Source: Botryllus schlosseri (taxonomy: Eukaryota). Taken from it: DNA of 64,000 nt. Made by a program: the position numbers and the translations under genes. This document shows positions 12,401 through 27,400 of this stretch, piece by piece. The stretch lies in contig CM119386.1 of the NCBI GenBank assembly GCA_051294905.1, forward strand, positions 2,852,001-2,916,000. The letters are read 5' to 3'. The notes beneath the pieces were generated by a model. That model was given only the letters and a program-made list of their open reading frames with translations, was not told the origin of the DNA and made no database searches. Numbering within the stretch: the first letter of the stretch is position 1; each line of letters opens with the position of its first letter.

Positions 12401-15400
12401 ACGAATGACTTACGGGATTTGATGGTCAGGGTACTGCCCTGAAACTGCAATTCTTATGTGTAGGCGCCGACGATAAAATGCATTGCACTACGTAATCGAA
12501 CGCCTTGATGACTTTTCAAGAACAATTTCACGTCCTACCTCTCCTCTGCTGTCCAACGGGTTATCGTAAACTTCCGTACCACAACATGTTTGATCGTAAG
12601 CGTCGAAGCTTTTCGTTCCGCAGCAAGCTGGCCATTGCATGTCCGTCTAAACGCGATGATTGCAAACAATTCGAGGATAGGTAAGGCATAAGGTTTGTAT
12701 TAGCAAAATATTATTTTCATTACCAAATTTCCAATTACCACTATGCCTCTTGTAGCACACGTCTCGGCCACGAATCGAGCACAATAACAGATAATCACGA
12801 TGGTGGTGACGATACTTGGTTGGATTATATCAATGATCGCGCCATGAAGGCAAAATCAATATATAGTATTCATATAGGTCCGGTGCAAACGACCATCAGA
12901 AATCGGGCACTGATAATAAATCTATATACCAACAAAAAGCGTTGGTCATCTAACTAATGCAAATTGTAAGTGAGACTTACAGTCCAACCAAATTCCCGAC
13001 CACGCCTCAACTGTTCTGCAAATGTCAAGCACATCGCTTACCCCCACCACATCTTCTCCACAGCACACCCCGGTTACTAAGTCGTACGGAGCTCCTGCAC
13101 AACAGCCGTCTCCCTCTGTATTTCTGTCATAAACCGTGTTGTTACAGCAGTTTCCATTGTCTTCGAAGTAAGCCGCATCACCGCAACACATATCGCCCTG
13201 AAATAGCATTTACAACATGATCCTATGTTGTTCTTGTTTTCGAATTTCCTTCAGGCGACAATGCCTAATTACTAGGGCGATTTTTTGACCTAAAAGACGG
13301 AAGATTTTGACCTAAAAAATCAAAATTTTGACATTTTTTTACCTTAAAAAACTCAATATTGACAAAATTTTTAACTAGCGAATGCGAATTAGGTGTTTTC
13401 CCACAAAATGTAGGAATTGTACTACTTATCTTCATTTTTGGTTGGAACTGTCTGTCCTTACGAAGTAGTTTAGCCTGAAAAAAACTTTTTTGACTCAAAA
13501 ACTGACAAATTTTGACATAAAAAAGTTTTTCCTAAACGAAATCTGGCCGTATATCAAGAATTCCAGTAGTTACATCACGTATTATGTTAGAAATAATTAA
13601 AATTTGTTGTAGTACAGAAAAAGATATACATTCTCGGGTAGAAAGTGTCTGTCCCTATAAGTAGGCCTACCTTGCCAAGAATGGAGAAATAATGTTCAAC
13701 AGCAGCAGTTGTTGGCTGACAACACTGAAGTTGTGCGTATACACTGCTGGTGACACATTGTGTTGTTTCATTCTGACAACGGTGTCTAAATCACAATTTT
13801 TCATCATGCGCTTCTTGATATAAGAATCATGCAATGCCCACGCAGTCTTGCTTCATTTAGTATATTGCGGTACGTTAAGCATAACACCATGTTAACCTAT
13901 TTGTTTCATTGGAATGTTTATGATTCACAATGAGCAGAGATTGGGCCGTCTACAACGGTAGGCCTATAATCTAGGCTACAGTCTGAGAATTGTCAAATCA
14001 TAAGTTCTCTGACAATGCAAAATCTACGATACAAACGAAATGCGGGTTGCAAACAATTTTTGATTTTGTATAGAATTTCGACTTTTTTTAACCTAACCCT
14101 GCAATTTTGACAAATTTTTGACTTTTTTTGACATGTCAAAAAAAAAATCGCCCTACTAATTACCATAAATCAGTTTCATAATACTAATGTCTCCAAGCAG
14201 GTAATACAGGTTTCGCGTGACTAGTTGAGCTCACCACCACCACGGAACGCACGATTCTCGTATTGGTTATCAATAGATTTTGTATATAGTAGCGCAGACT
14301 GAAGAGCTCGCAATACGTTATTTCTATTTGAACCGGAGCCTGCCCGATGGTGAAAGGAATATATCCGGCATCGTATACTTGAGTAATTACTGATATTACC
14401 TGTTTCTTATATCCATACTCTAGTGATTCATTTTATAAGATACCCTCATAGTTATATTAATTACGAAGGAAGCGAAATTATTCACCTCCGTGTCCCTGTC
14501 GACTAATACTCCTCCGCAGCAAGTTTGAATGGTGGCGTCGTACACTTGGTCGGAACCAGCAATCGAGCAGCACCCGATGTTCACATTACCTTCATTTCCT
14601 ACATCTTGGTCAACCAGGAGACCGTTGCAGCAGTACTGTGACAAGAAAATTGCATTTAGAAGGTTCATTAAAATGCTAGGGTGATAACATCAGCATTATC
14701 GTGGCCGTCGGTATGGCTTATCAATCTCGAATGATTACGAGTAAATTTTGTAAGTTCGAACCTGACTCGACGCATTTGCGACCAGTCCATTGCAGCAGAT
14801 TTCGAGCTCAAGGTCGTACACCTCTCCATCACAACATCCTTGCGTCGCAGGCAAGTAAGGTTGCCAATTATCGCGACTACTACCGAATCGGCAGCATTCC
14901 GTTTCTTCCTTCCTGGCGGGAATGACCTTCCCGTTTCCGCAAGGACATGATGAAGATCGCCTGTCATAGGCGACGTCATGACAACAGTTTGCGTACGCGG
15001 TGGAAGCTGGTGGAAGAAATTATGTAGTTGTCAATTACAGGATGTGGAGTATTGTTGTTCAAAAATAACTTTTTATTTTCGGATTCCAGCCATCCGCTGA
15101 ATAAATTGTCAGGTTACCCTAAAAATCGCTGCACACCAAATTTTGGTTCCATTATTCTAACAAATATAAACTGCCTCAGAGTCAACTCCATGAAGTCGTT
15201 AAGTTCTCTTCAAAAACGATGCAAAACAAATTTGACTCAATTCCAACTAGTAGAAGCGGAGTTATTTGGGTTTTTCGTTGATAATTCTTGGATTACCCTT
15301 GACTAGTTGCTGATGATTATCCCTGACCTAAAATATTCGGGTCAATTTTAATATGAATATACTATTCAATTGTAGTTTTTCTTAGTAAATTAAAAATTTG

Positions 15401-18400
15401 GTGTTTTGTTGAATAACCGGACAATTTAATCAGTGAATGGCTGGAATCCTGAAAAAAAAGTTATTTTTGAACAACCCTGATGTGTAGTTGGAGATGCGTA
15501 AAAGAAAGTATATTCTACGAGTAAGTGATCATCATCATCATTGGTTTATTAGTAATCTTTATCAGTTCAATACACCACAAAAATGCGATACAATAAAAAG
15601 ACAGGAAGGTGTCGAAGCGACTTGGAGTAGTCTATGGAATCAGACACCCACCTTGGCATAGGCGATGTAAAGAGGAGGCATGCACACTGAATGAAAAGTA
15701 AAGAAGATAGTGTAATGGTTATGCGTCCAGCTTCTCGAGCGGTAGGTCGTGTGTTCGATCCCCGGCCGGGTCATACCAAAGACTCGAAAAATGGTATCCG
15801 CAGCTATCCTGCTAGGCGCTCAGCAATCACGGATAGCATGGAGGAGAAAAAAAAAACGGGGGCGCAGACTAGATGACCTCATGGGGCCGTATCGCAACTC
15901 CGTCGCCAAAGCATCTCGATGGTGCAGGCGAGAAAGAATATCATCTCTCTCTCTCTCTCTCTCTATAGAAAAAAAGCGACAAGAAATGGGGTGGCAGGTC
16001 ATAGAAAGCGAGATCGATAGGTCAGTCGTGGTCCGGTAATCTTGAGGATGGACTAGTATTTATTCACTAGTAATTGCTTGTATTTCGACTCGAATGTGGA
16101 CATGCTCGTCGACTGTCGGATGGCCGGCGGGATACTGTTCCACACATCAGGTGCGGCATATTTGCGATACGTGTTCCCCATAACCGAGTAACGAACGAGT
16201 ATAGGGCCAGTTATAATCGAGTACATGGATGATTCGGTTCTGTATCGAGGATTAGGCATCGAGTTGAGCACGCTATATTTGAGTATTACTCATTGCCACG
16301 CCATAACAGTACGTAAGATGTGCAAAGTTTAAATATGCACCTTCTATGCGAATACAAATAATAGGCTACGTACCAGTTTTACATATCATTAAAGATAATT
16401 TAGTATTTTTCGAACCAAACCAATTTCATTGCACTTCGTGACAATGCATGCAGTGAGTTGGTCACTACTCTATAGAAATGTCATGTCCGCTAACGCGATA
16501 AGCTTAGTGCTACATCCTTCGTATGCTGTGATACGAACGACCAGGCGACTTTTCAAGGCTTCCACAGTAAAGATATTATGGAAGCAATAATTTCCGTTCA
16601 TAAATTAACCCTTAGTGGCCAGGATCATCAGAATTAATACTCGATCCTGATTCCAGTATACTAATCATTGTGCCAGCCCAAGTAACGAGATGCTATGTCG
16701 AAACTAGTCGAGAATTCGATAGGTAGCCGTCATAGGCCTGGGCACAATGATTCGAGTACTCGAATCTGAATCGAGTATTAATTTTAATGATTCGAGTCGA
16801 GTAATAAAATACGATTTTTTCGAGTACTGAAATTATATGCTCTTCGCAACCGAAAGTTAATTTACTCACGAGAATTATAGTTTTGATACTATTTTCCACT
16901 GAGGAAGCCGTTAAACCTTGATTGGCCGTGTCGCAGCAAACCAGACATTGTACAAAGCTATGAGCGTTACTGGAAATAACACATTTCCGAAGTCATGATC
17001 ATGCCACAACATTGTCAAGAAGTGCAATGAAATCGGTATGGTCGAACAATACCAAAGTATCTTGCATGTGACGGATAACAGGCATTATGTTCTTTGTGGT
17101 GGCATAAGAAAATGTACATATTTTAACTTCGACATAGTACATTTCATTCTGACGTCATAATGAGTGATACTCGATTACTCGACTCGAAGCTACGTGATTC
17201 AGAATCGAATCAATCTGGTACTCGATTTTGCCCAGCCCTAGGCCCGACATTAATCCTCAGATATGAGTTGGGAATGTTCGGATTGATAGCAAGTCAGGGT
17301 CACAGTACAGCTCTAGCTCAGTTATACAAGGACAAGACAGGGCTTGAGGCAGCAATTGTAATAGGCCTACTCCTAATATGTGTGAATATTGATGAACTTT
17401 TGCTCCTGTCCTATGATTGTGAATGAAATTTTTGTTACCTACCCTGCTATTATATTATGCTAGGGCAAGGGTCGGCAACCTACGGCCCGCGGGCCAGATC
17501 CGGTCCGCCAAGCGAAATCGTCCTGCCCGCGACCAAGTAATTAGTTACCACAAAAATACGGCCCGCCGTTTCGTAATGAGTTCCAATCTGCAGTGCAGCA
17601 CTGCTTGGAAAGAATACGACATTGCTGCGATATAACTATCCTACGTCTATTGTTACGCCATAAAACTGGTGCGAAGGCGGTTGACTAGTAGCCTATCTCG
17701 TACTAAAAGTAGGAGATAGAGAATATCTGTAGAGTAGACTAAACCAGTGCTTATGAAGCGGGTGTATCGTGCAACCAAAGGTATGCCATACTTTTTAAGG
17801 GTTTGCCACTCTAATAGGGTGCGACAATAAAGGTGCCGTTCCTCTGCTTCAAAAACGCAATGACAAAATCTTAAACTTTCCGTTTCATTATAGATAACTA
17901 GCCTCCGTATAGGTTAGTCATCTGCAGTTTAATTCACCAGAGGACATTGTACTCCAAGACAACAAACCTGAATAGTATTTTGCACACAGTGGCGAAAGCT
18001 GATTTTGGTCTCACAAACTTCATCACCGACAGATAGCCTACCCCATATATTACTAGAAGCAGAGAATCAATATGGCGATGTCCTGTATATCTGCCATGTT
18101 CGCACATTAAGTTGGGCAGCTATGCTTGCACGAGTGTATGAACTGAGAAACGAATAAGCAACTTTCCTTGAAAATACAAACATCGCCGACTCATAATCTT
18201 GTCATCAAAATGGGTATCTAATCTTACTTTCGTAGTACATTAAACGTCACATCTAAACAAATTGAATTTGCAACTTCATGCCGGAAATAACTGAATACAT
18301 GAGATGTTGAGGCGCATTCAAAACTAAACTGCGACTCTGGGAATTACAACAATAAAAAGAAAATTATGCTCACTTTCCTATACTGGAGGAGAGTAAACCT

Positions 18401-21400
18401 AGTACCAGCACTATACATTTGTAACTGTGATGGGAAATTTAATTTCTGAATTGGGACCCGCTTTTCCGACATTCGTTCTGTACAAAATAAATTCTGACTA
18501 TTGCTCAGTACTCCGTTTAATGTGAACGCCAATAGCATTGCCTGAAAACTTCAAATGGGCCCTTTTGAAATGCGACGCAGTTGAATTGAATGACAAATTT
18601 CATACAAAGAGCATATCGCTGCACGACTTTGACAAAGAGTCCGATATTGAAATGGGTCTTTATCCCAGCTTGACCAACAATGCAAAAGAAATGGCATCGA
18701 CTTTTGGTAGCGCGTACGCAAGTGAACAATAGTTTTCAACAATGAAATTCACGAAGAGCAAGCTTAGATCACGCATTCCAACGCCCATTTAGAATATCGT
18801 CTGATTCTTGCTTCATCTGACTTGTTACCAGAACTTGAAAACCTATCACAAAGCGAGCTGAGCCAAGTGTCACATTTATCATGCGTTGTTGAAGTGTAAA
18901 TACATGTGTTTTGCCCTTTTTGTGATTTGTATGATTGAGATTGCATCAATGTAGGGTACTATACCGACGTTAGCGTTAAATATAGTATTAGGAAAAATTC
19001 CGACCCGCCAAAAAGTTGCGCACTCGGAATTTGGCCCGTGACTAGCAAAAGGTTGCCGACCCCTGTGTTAGGGTTACCATATTTCTGTGAACCAATTTCC
19101 GGATACTCTTTAGCGCCCACTAGTGGATTTCAAAATGAGTTATGACGTCACACTAGCAAAGCTTCGCTCATAGACCAGAGGTGGTCACGATCCGGTTCAG
19201 GAGTATGTGGCTGTGTGTTGTCTAACTATAGATAACTAACCTACGTAGTTAGTTATCTATAGTGTAACCTGGACCGAAACCACATTTTTTCAGCCCCTTC
19301 CCGCCCAAATAAGCAATGATTTTGAGCCCAACATAGGGTAATAGATGCAACTTCTGGGAGGGGGTGCTTGATATCTGAATCTGAATTCTATATGCATCTG
19401 GTCGTTAAATTTTTTGAATGAATTTTGTCAATAATATTGGTTGTTCCATATATATTACTTCATAGTTACTACTCTCCGCGCCCACGTGATCAGAGTTAGC
19501 GGTACAGCTGTTGGAGGATGATGAGTTCAAAAATACAGGGAGCGGTATTGTACATTGTCAAGTCATGTTCATGTCCCACCGATAAGATTGTTTATCAGCC
19601 TTATGCCGGTGCGCACCACGGAGCGTTATAAACACTCCACACCCAGTGGTTTCCAACCTTTTATGGTCGCGACTCCATCTCCAATTCGAAAATGTTCCGT
19701 GGCCCAGATCAAAATTTGAAGAGCTGATTACTACAAAAACTCATCACCTTTGTCCCGACTTACTCACGGGCTATTTTTGAAGCTGATTACGTTCAACATA
19801 TTCACGAACCCCAGAATAAAGGCAAACATCCCCCACGTTTGCAACCACTATCTTTGAATAAAGCATTTAAACGGCCTTAACGATCTCTAGGAATATACCG
19901 TTCTCCTATATTTGCGATTACAATTAGGCTTATTCCAGTAAATGAAGGTTGTTTTTATTCATATTTTATTGCAGTTTTTGCGAGGTTGATAGTCCCCATA
20001 ATAAAATCAATAAATGTGATAGTAAATCGCGCTCAGCGCGAAGAAAAATATCATGCATCAGCATAAATATTCCCAAAGATAATGTTTTTATGTTGATTTA
20101 CGAAAAAAAATTATGAATCTACTTCAAGTCTTCAAAATTCTGGACATTTGGCATATTTTAGAAATTCCTCCCGGACGCTAGTTTGAACAGTGAAATTCCG
20201 GACATGTCCGGGAAATTCCGGACGTATAGCAACCCTATATTATGTACGATTATACATTCTACATTCTACATGCATTGTCACCGGTGCGGTATCGTTCTTG
20301 ACTTTGCACTTACTGATAAAGCCCACTCGGCCATCGCAGCACATGCTGGTCAGCGTGTCGAAAGCTTCCGGCTTGTTTCGCCAACTACTGCAGCACTGCA
20401 TGTGTGGATTTGCTTCGTTGTCGTACAAATCTGGCCCGCAGCACTTCGGTTCGGTTGGACTATTCTGAACAGTCACCATGGAAAAGAATTAGATTGACTA
20501 AGGCCTCGTGTCTCGTGCGATAAAAGAGTCAAACACTGGACTATCAGCTTCTAATCCAGAAGTGCGTGAGTAATGTAGGCCTAAGGGCTGTAGAATCCTT
20601 AGAGTATCAGCAGGTAGGGATATATGGATAAATTATATCTATCCTTGCTTTCACTGAAGGTACACAAGTTTCTCGAATAGCATAGAAGTGAAGTGTGATC
20701 CGGTCCGAAAAATAACGATCAAATCATCAACAATACTTATTTCTAGTGAATTACAGAAACAGTAAATTATACGGTACGGGTTCAGGCGTACCGTATTGCA
20801 ACAACAAAAATATGACGATAAAAACTCAATTTTGTATTGAACAAACGTTTGTATTGGCGGTTAACGGCGCGTAATTGGTAGTTACAACTTACAACAGCCA
20901 TGATCATCAACAGCCTCAATTTGCGATTATGATCACATCAAAATCGTACAAATCCTGCTCTGGTCCGACTCCGGCCGTATCAAAAAATGTGAATCCGGCT
21001 CTGGCCAAAATTGAAAAAATCTGGCTGGATTTCAGTCCGGCAGCGGTCCATGCCCCGCTCTAGTGCAATAAAATCAAGAAATGTAGTGACACTAAATCAT
21101 AACTACAGAATTCCTAAATTCCAAAAATTTATGGTTTGTGTGAATATTTTGGAAGGTGATTAGCCGTCCTAAAATATTGTCTCGTGGACCCGAGTTTGGG
21201 AACCACTGTAGGCTACTAAAGGCATTACTAAGTGACTATAGTAGCGAAAAAATCTACTACATTGCCTGGTGATTTCGACATCCTCAATTGTAGTAACGAT
21301 GCAAAGCTACAAAATTTGAAATGCAAAAATGTGACAACTGTGGGTGTACTCCGAACCAGACATAAAAATAATATATCCCGTGGTCCCATTGGTTGGTACA

Positions 21401-24400
21401 CGATGTTACAATTCGAGCCAGGCTCGAAAACTCCAAAACACACCTGAGTACCAGAGTATCAGTACCTGAGTAAATGGAACGTCATACATTAATGTTGACG
21501 TACGGGCTGTTATCAAGATCTTGGCAGAGTATGTCCATTATAATGATTAAATTATAGATAAAACGATATAATGCGTATCATTTGTCGGGGATCTGTGACG
21601 GTCAAATAGATATACATAACCATAATAAATAACATCAGCACCTCATATCATTACTGGCAAAGGTCATGCAGCGATGCGTGCAACCTTCCCTGGTCGGAAA
21701 TGCTATATTATGACGAATTTTAGATAAAATCGAAAATCATTATGACGCTAATACCAATAAGTCACTGATATCATCTGCTCAGTTCTTTACGGAGTAAACC
21801 TACTTCAGTTCGGTTGTACAAAGCGTAGTCAAGTGTGGGAGCCCATTCGCAGCATATTTGCGTCTGTTCGTTGTACATTTCTCCAAAGCTTTTGTCTCCG
21901 CAACATCTCAAGAAAGAGCCTTCGATGTCGTATATTTCCTTCCCTATTTAAATTGAACGGATATATTAATGATTATGATTGAAGAGTGGGGCGTTCTCAG
22001 AAAAGAACAACTGCCAGGGAGCCCATATTACTGCATATCTTGATATGTGATATGTCGAACCGTGCTATAGCCCATACCAAGCCGACAAAAACGGGGCTTA
22101 AACGGTGTTTTTTTTGTGATGAAGGCACTGGCCATGGTCAACTCCGTCTAAGCCAGAGGTTCGCAACCTATGGGCCATAGCGCTGTTTCCAGTTGGCATC
22201 GGAGCTTTCATAGTATACAGCAGTGTTTCAACCTGGGTAACGTTTGCCTTTGTTTTGGGGGTCGTAAATATACTGATCTTTTTGTGATTATGATCACTAA
22301 TCAGCTTCTCGAATAAGCCGTTAGTAAGCCAGGGCGAAGGTGCTGACCTTTTTATATAGCTGGCATCATACCATATTAAGACGTGGGACTTGAAATGTTT
22401 TCAAATCGGGATTAGCAAGTTAGAACCACTGGTTTGGACATGGACACATTGTCATGACACTATATGTGATCGAGGGACATATATCGCTCATCGTCCTCAT
22501 ACATATCGAGCACCTCGATTGAAAGAAAGCAATAAACTGCTCTACAAAGTAAATTTACCAGATATCAATTGCGATTGATGTAGGTGTAAAATTAATACTC
22601 TCGAGCCTAATCGAGGACAAGGGCGCTAATCACGCTAATGACATGCAACCCGATGTTAGGAGACGGACTTCCCAAATTCCATCTTTCTGTTGATTGTTCG
22701 CTCAAAGCTCGCCGGTTAGGCGATGCGTTGTTCGACAAGATATATTTCAACACGAGACGTGCAGAATTCAATTCATATTTGGTTAAAAGTGCAGCCAGGC
22801 TAATTACTGAATTTAGGCGGATACTTTTAGTTCAAACCACGTTCACGCGAACATCGTCTGCCTGACCCTGTGTGACCGAGCTCACAGTCTATCAGAAATA
22901 ACATACGCCCGCATTCCTTGTGTATATATAATGGTTAACTGTAGCTTGTTAGCAGCTCGACGATTACTTGAGTCGTTAAAAAACATCATCGCTCATTCGT
23001 CGCCCAACTCGGAAAGCGCCACAGTGTACACTGTACACTTATCCGCACATTTAATTGTGCTCAACGACAGAGATGGTTAAAGTAGTCAAGAAAGCTACTC
23101 AAGTAGAAGTAAAAGTAGCGACTAAAAATCTACTCAAGTACCAGTAACAGTACTTCTACCATAAGCAACCTAAAACTACTTGAAGTAGAAGTAGAATTGA
23201 CTGACTTTATATCTAATCAAGTGAGTAAGTAGCGTGAAAACGATCGTAATTCGTTCGAATGGATTGTCAAAAGCTGCAAATTAAGCTATGTGAAAGGTGC
23301 AGAGCTTGATTCATATTGATGCATGCCAGAAGGTATCCAATTTTCGACAGCATAAGCATTCGTCCGCATCATGGGATGAAAATGATGGTATAAATATGGA
23401 AATGCGATACTAATCCTCTGTTTACTCGAACAGCACGTTTTAGAAAATATCATGGTGGCGACCTTTACATATTATAAGGCCCGTAGTTTAGTCGAAGAGT
23501 AACGCAGAGACAAAATAGTGTAATATGGTTAAGCGTCCGGCTTCTTGATCGGTAGGTCGTGGGTTCGATTCCCGGCCGGGTCAGACCAAAGACCTGATTA
23601 GTAACACTGGTATCCATGGCTTCCCTGCTTGGCGCTCAGGCATTACTGGGATAGCATGGAGGGGTACTGGTGCATGACTTAGAAAGCCGTAAAAGGCTAT
23701 AACTTCCTTGTCCAGCGGCATATGCACATCATGCACTCATGGTATGCATATGCGCAGATCGTGTGTATGTGTATCATGAGTCGGTGTATATGCCGCAAAA
23801 ACATCAAGGTCCTTTCCTTTCCAGAGAAGTTGTATCGGATACGGTGTTAAAACTTTGCGCGATTAGCAAGCGTAGTACTCCTACAGGTGGCGACTGTCTA
23901 CTGAGGACTTGCGGCCCCTCGTCGTCATCCTGGTCGTACCGGATTTTCCCTGGTGTGACAGATAAATGATTGATTGTTAATAAAAAAAATGGTGGAGCGT
24001 AATAATGCCATATTGTGTAGCTTTTATACATCAACATGTATGTTCTCCAGACAAAAGAACTGATACTAATTAGAAATCAAAGTATGATACTATGGGAATT
24101 GAAAGTGAAATATAAATACTACTTTTAAAAGCGGAAATGTATTTCATGTATATTTAGTCCAGAAAGTTTCAAAGGTGGTCTAAAACATGTCTAAAGCTAA
24201 GAAAGAAAGTCAGAGTCCACTTTTGCAGATTAGGACACGCCATGGACTGCTAGTTTACGATATGATAAGTAAATGCTAGATTGTGAAACATCAGTTTAAA
24301 ACGTTATGATGGGCCATATATACTATGATGAAATATTTCATATGGGCGACAATGCGGAATGAACGGAACCACGCAATCCGCTACCTAAATTATATTCACC

Positions 24401-27400
24401 GATACTTTCGTGAAATCATATTGGGCACTCCATATCCTCTGTGCGCGAAGCGCGACGAAAATTCTGGGCTTTACTCAACTTTTATGAAAAATAAATGTTG
24501 ATACTCCGTGAAAACAACCCCGAAATTCCTCAGGCTATCTTCCTGCTTGGAGGATAAAACTACTTCTACTTGACAAACTGAAAATAGCGAAAAGTGAGTA
24601 AGTAAGTAGATCACAAAATATTACGAAGTAGAAGTAGAAGTAGCGGGAAATTAGATCTACATGAGTAAGTACCCAAGTAGCGGAAAACTACTTGACTACT
24701 TCAAAAAAGTAGAAGTACTTCGTCACTGACCACCTCTGCTCAACGACCACTACATGTGTGAAGAAATGTTCGCGAATATGTTATTCTTCAGACGTTCAAA
24801 GCAGTTAATAATAGAAGCCTTCAGCACCGTTTGCATTGGCAAGTTTCCAGGCTACGGCCTACTCATGTACTAGAACGTTTTTTTTTGTGCACGGGCAGTC
24901 GGGCATTGACCGCAATTCTGCTCGAAAAGTGACTGTAATTTGATAGCAATATTGAGTAGACCAATGCTTCCCAACCGGTGGTTCAAACCAGCTATTTCAG
25001 GTCGGTCGTTAAGAATTTCTAAATGTTACAGCTTTCAATTCAATTTGCCAAATATGCCGAACTCCATATCCTCTCACGATTGGACAGGCAAATACACGTT
25101 CTCCTCTAAATTAAATTGTTTTTGCGCCCATGAGTGCCGTAATCCACGTTCCGTGCTGAGAATACTTGTTGAGACGAACTTTCGTAGCTGCCGACTTGTA
25201 GCACGGCCCATTTCAAGGTTTTAAAAGTCACCGCTCGCATGGAGGAGATGGCGAGGAAGAGCCTAAGCCTCCAATACATCGGTCGGACTCGAATCCGCAA
25301 CCCATTGGGGTTGCAGCCGTGGATTACACCACTATGCTATCTCGCCACACTTGATATGTATGTCTTAAAATTGGAAATTATTCATTTCTTCCGACAAAGA
25401 CTTTCGGTTGATCGGAAAATGCAATCCAGCCCGATCATCATCGGCAAACAATTACCGCGACGCAAGCTATACTCGAGGGCCCGTTGTGATCGACGTAAAA
25501 GGAGAATTTCCGCTTGAATACGCGCTTTCTCGTAATCAATTTATGATCTATTACGTGAATTCTTGTATGCTTGATACACTCGTATTCACGTATATTGTCG
25601 CGTAATTTCACTTGTGGTCGCATCTTAGTTACCGTTACTCACACGGCTCATTGTACGTCGAACTATAAGTTTTCAATGGTTCCGTCATATCTCCTGGTGG
25701 GTCGCACAATGAAACATTGCATGAAAAGTGGGGCGCGTACAGAAAAAGGTTGGGAAGCACTGGAGTTGACAACATGGTGTCTTTAAGCATGGTTCGTTTT
25801 GCTTTATTTGTCAATAAGTCCTCGTGAGTCAGCCCCCACGGCCCGCGATTCCCGAGAACGAGATTTCACCGAAAAACAAACAATAGAATACGGCGACGCG
25901 ATTTCATAAAAAGTGCCTACCATGTTTGAAAAATCAAAGGTGAAAGCATTTTACACTTTTACACCGATTTGTCGGAACTATGCTGGTCAAATATACACTG
26001 TAAAATTATTTTGAAGATTACGTTTGACCATGTTAACACTCTTTTCGCACCACGTCTGGTATGTCGTATATTTCGCATTGCTAATTCGGCTCATTTTTAT
26101 CACATATGGTCAAAGTAGTTTTCGTCGGTACTCAATTAGGAGTAGGAGTAACCATTGCCCGGAATTTGTACTCAAATTCAACTAAAGTAGAAATTCATGT
26201 ATATGCAAGTATAGGTAAACCTGTTTTAGCAAGTAGGAAACTAAACTTCCTCATGATTTCCCTAGCTTAGGAAATTACAAATTTGGTTATCATTGATGCT
26301 GCAAATTTAGAGGTGTCGTGCACCCCCTGAAAATACTTCAACCAGTTTTGAACCACTGGCCTATACAGTCATAGAAAGCTTGTTCTAGACATGGAATAGG
26401 CCAAATCAAGTTGAGCTTGATGTGATGACCTTTATCGTTTATTTTACTCATGAAATTCTGAAATTTCGGGGTACGCGCAACCGCCCGCGAAACTTGATGG
26501 CATCCGCGAACAAAAAAGTAGAAGAACCCCGGAAATATAGCAACAATTGTTAATCTTTTGTGTAGTGTTCACAGCGTAGGTACTGATAATTTCCGTAGTG
26601 TAGCGGCGATAAGGGCATCTAAATGACACGTGACGAACAAATTCGTGGAGAATTCCGTCCTCTGCACATGAATATGCCCGGCGAAGGCAAATGCAGATCG
26701 ACGGAATCATGTAATAATAAATTATACGATTTCTAGACGAATTTATGCTGAGACCAAAGTTGCATTTAAAACAAAAATCATTTAAAAACAAACATCGACC
26801 ATATTGGGTGCAGATCGTCCGGATAGGCTCATACTACATGTTTTTTCAAGTATTTACACAATTATGGCATAATTGTAAAACGTTTGAAACAAAAAACACA
26901 ATTTGTTTTGAAGGCATTTAAAAAAAACACTGTTCATGTTTTACAACAATGTGTTTTAAGCAGCACCGTAACTGCCGCACCCCAAACCCCCCAATTGGGG
27001 GGGGGCGAGCTCGAAGGGGGCCCAAAATTATTTCCTGAATTAGCATAAATCATAGAGTATTTTTTGAAAATTTATGCAACGCGAATTCAAGTTGCCATGT
27101 ATCTTTATTATTGGGCATTGGGCCATTACCGCGCCACGATCCACCAAGACATACAATCAAGTTTTAGGCCATATAACATGCGACTCCAAGAAGTGTGCCA
27201 GAACGATCGACAGCGAGAAAGCCTTGGCCGAAAGGGTCTATGCCAGTGGTTCCCAGCCTTTTTCGACTTTTGAAGCTCCACACCGATCATCGCCCCCCAA
27301 GTATTGGGAAACTAAAAGCAGCACTTCGTCACTCCCCAAACCCCCAGACCCCCCCCCTCAGCCAGTGGGCCTTTTGTAGGTACATATCAGCTATACCCTA

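Noticed and set aside
12397-12438. 42-nt micro-exon candidate (GSTLTIKSRKSFVT) in intron 7
   Set aside because: Good-looking splice sites, but the flanking exons already join with normal repeat spacing; no supporting evidence.
14235-14399. 55-codon phase 0-0 open segment between AG and GT in intron 5
   Set aside because: No Cys repeat content, purine-rich acceptor context, and two frames open equally, so most likely chance.
15706-15775. tRNA gene
   Set aside because: It has A/B boxes but no complete cloverleaf, and runs directly into a repeated SINE body with a (CT)n tail; the same applies at 23515 and 25347.
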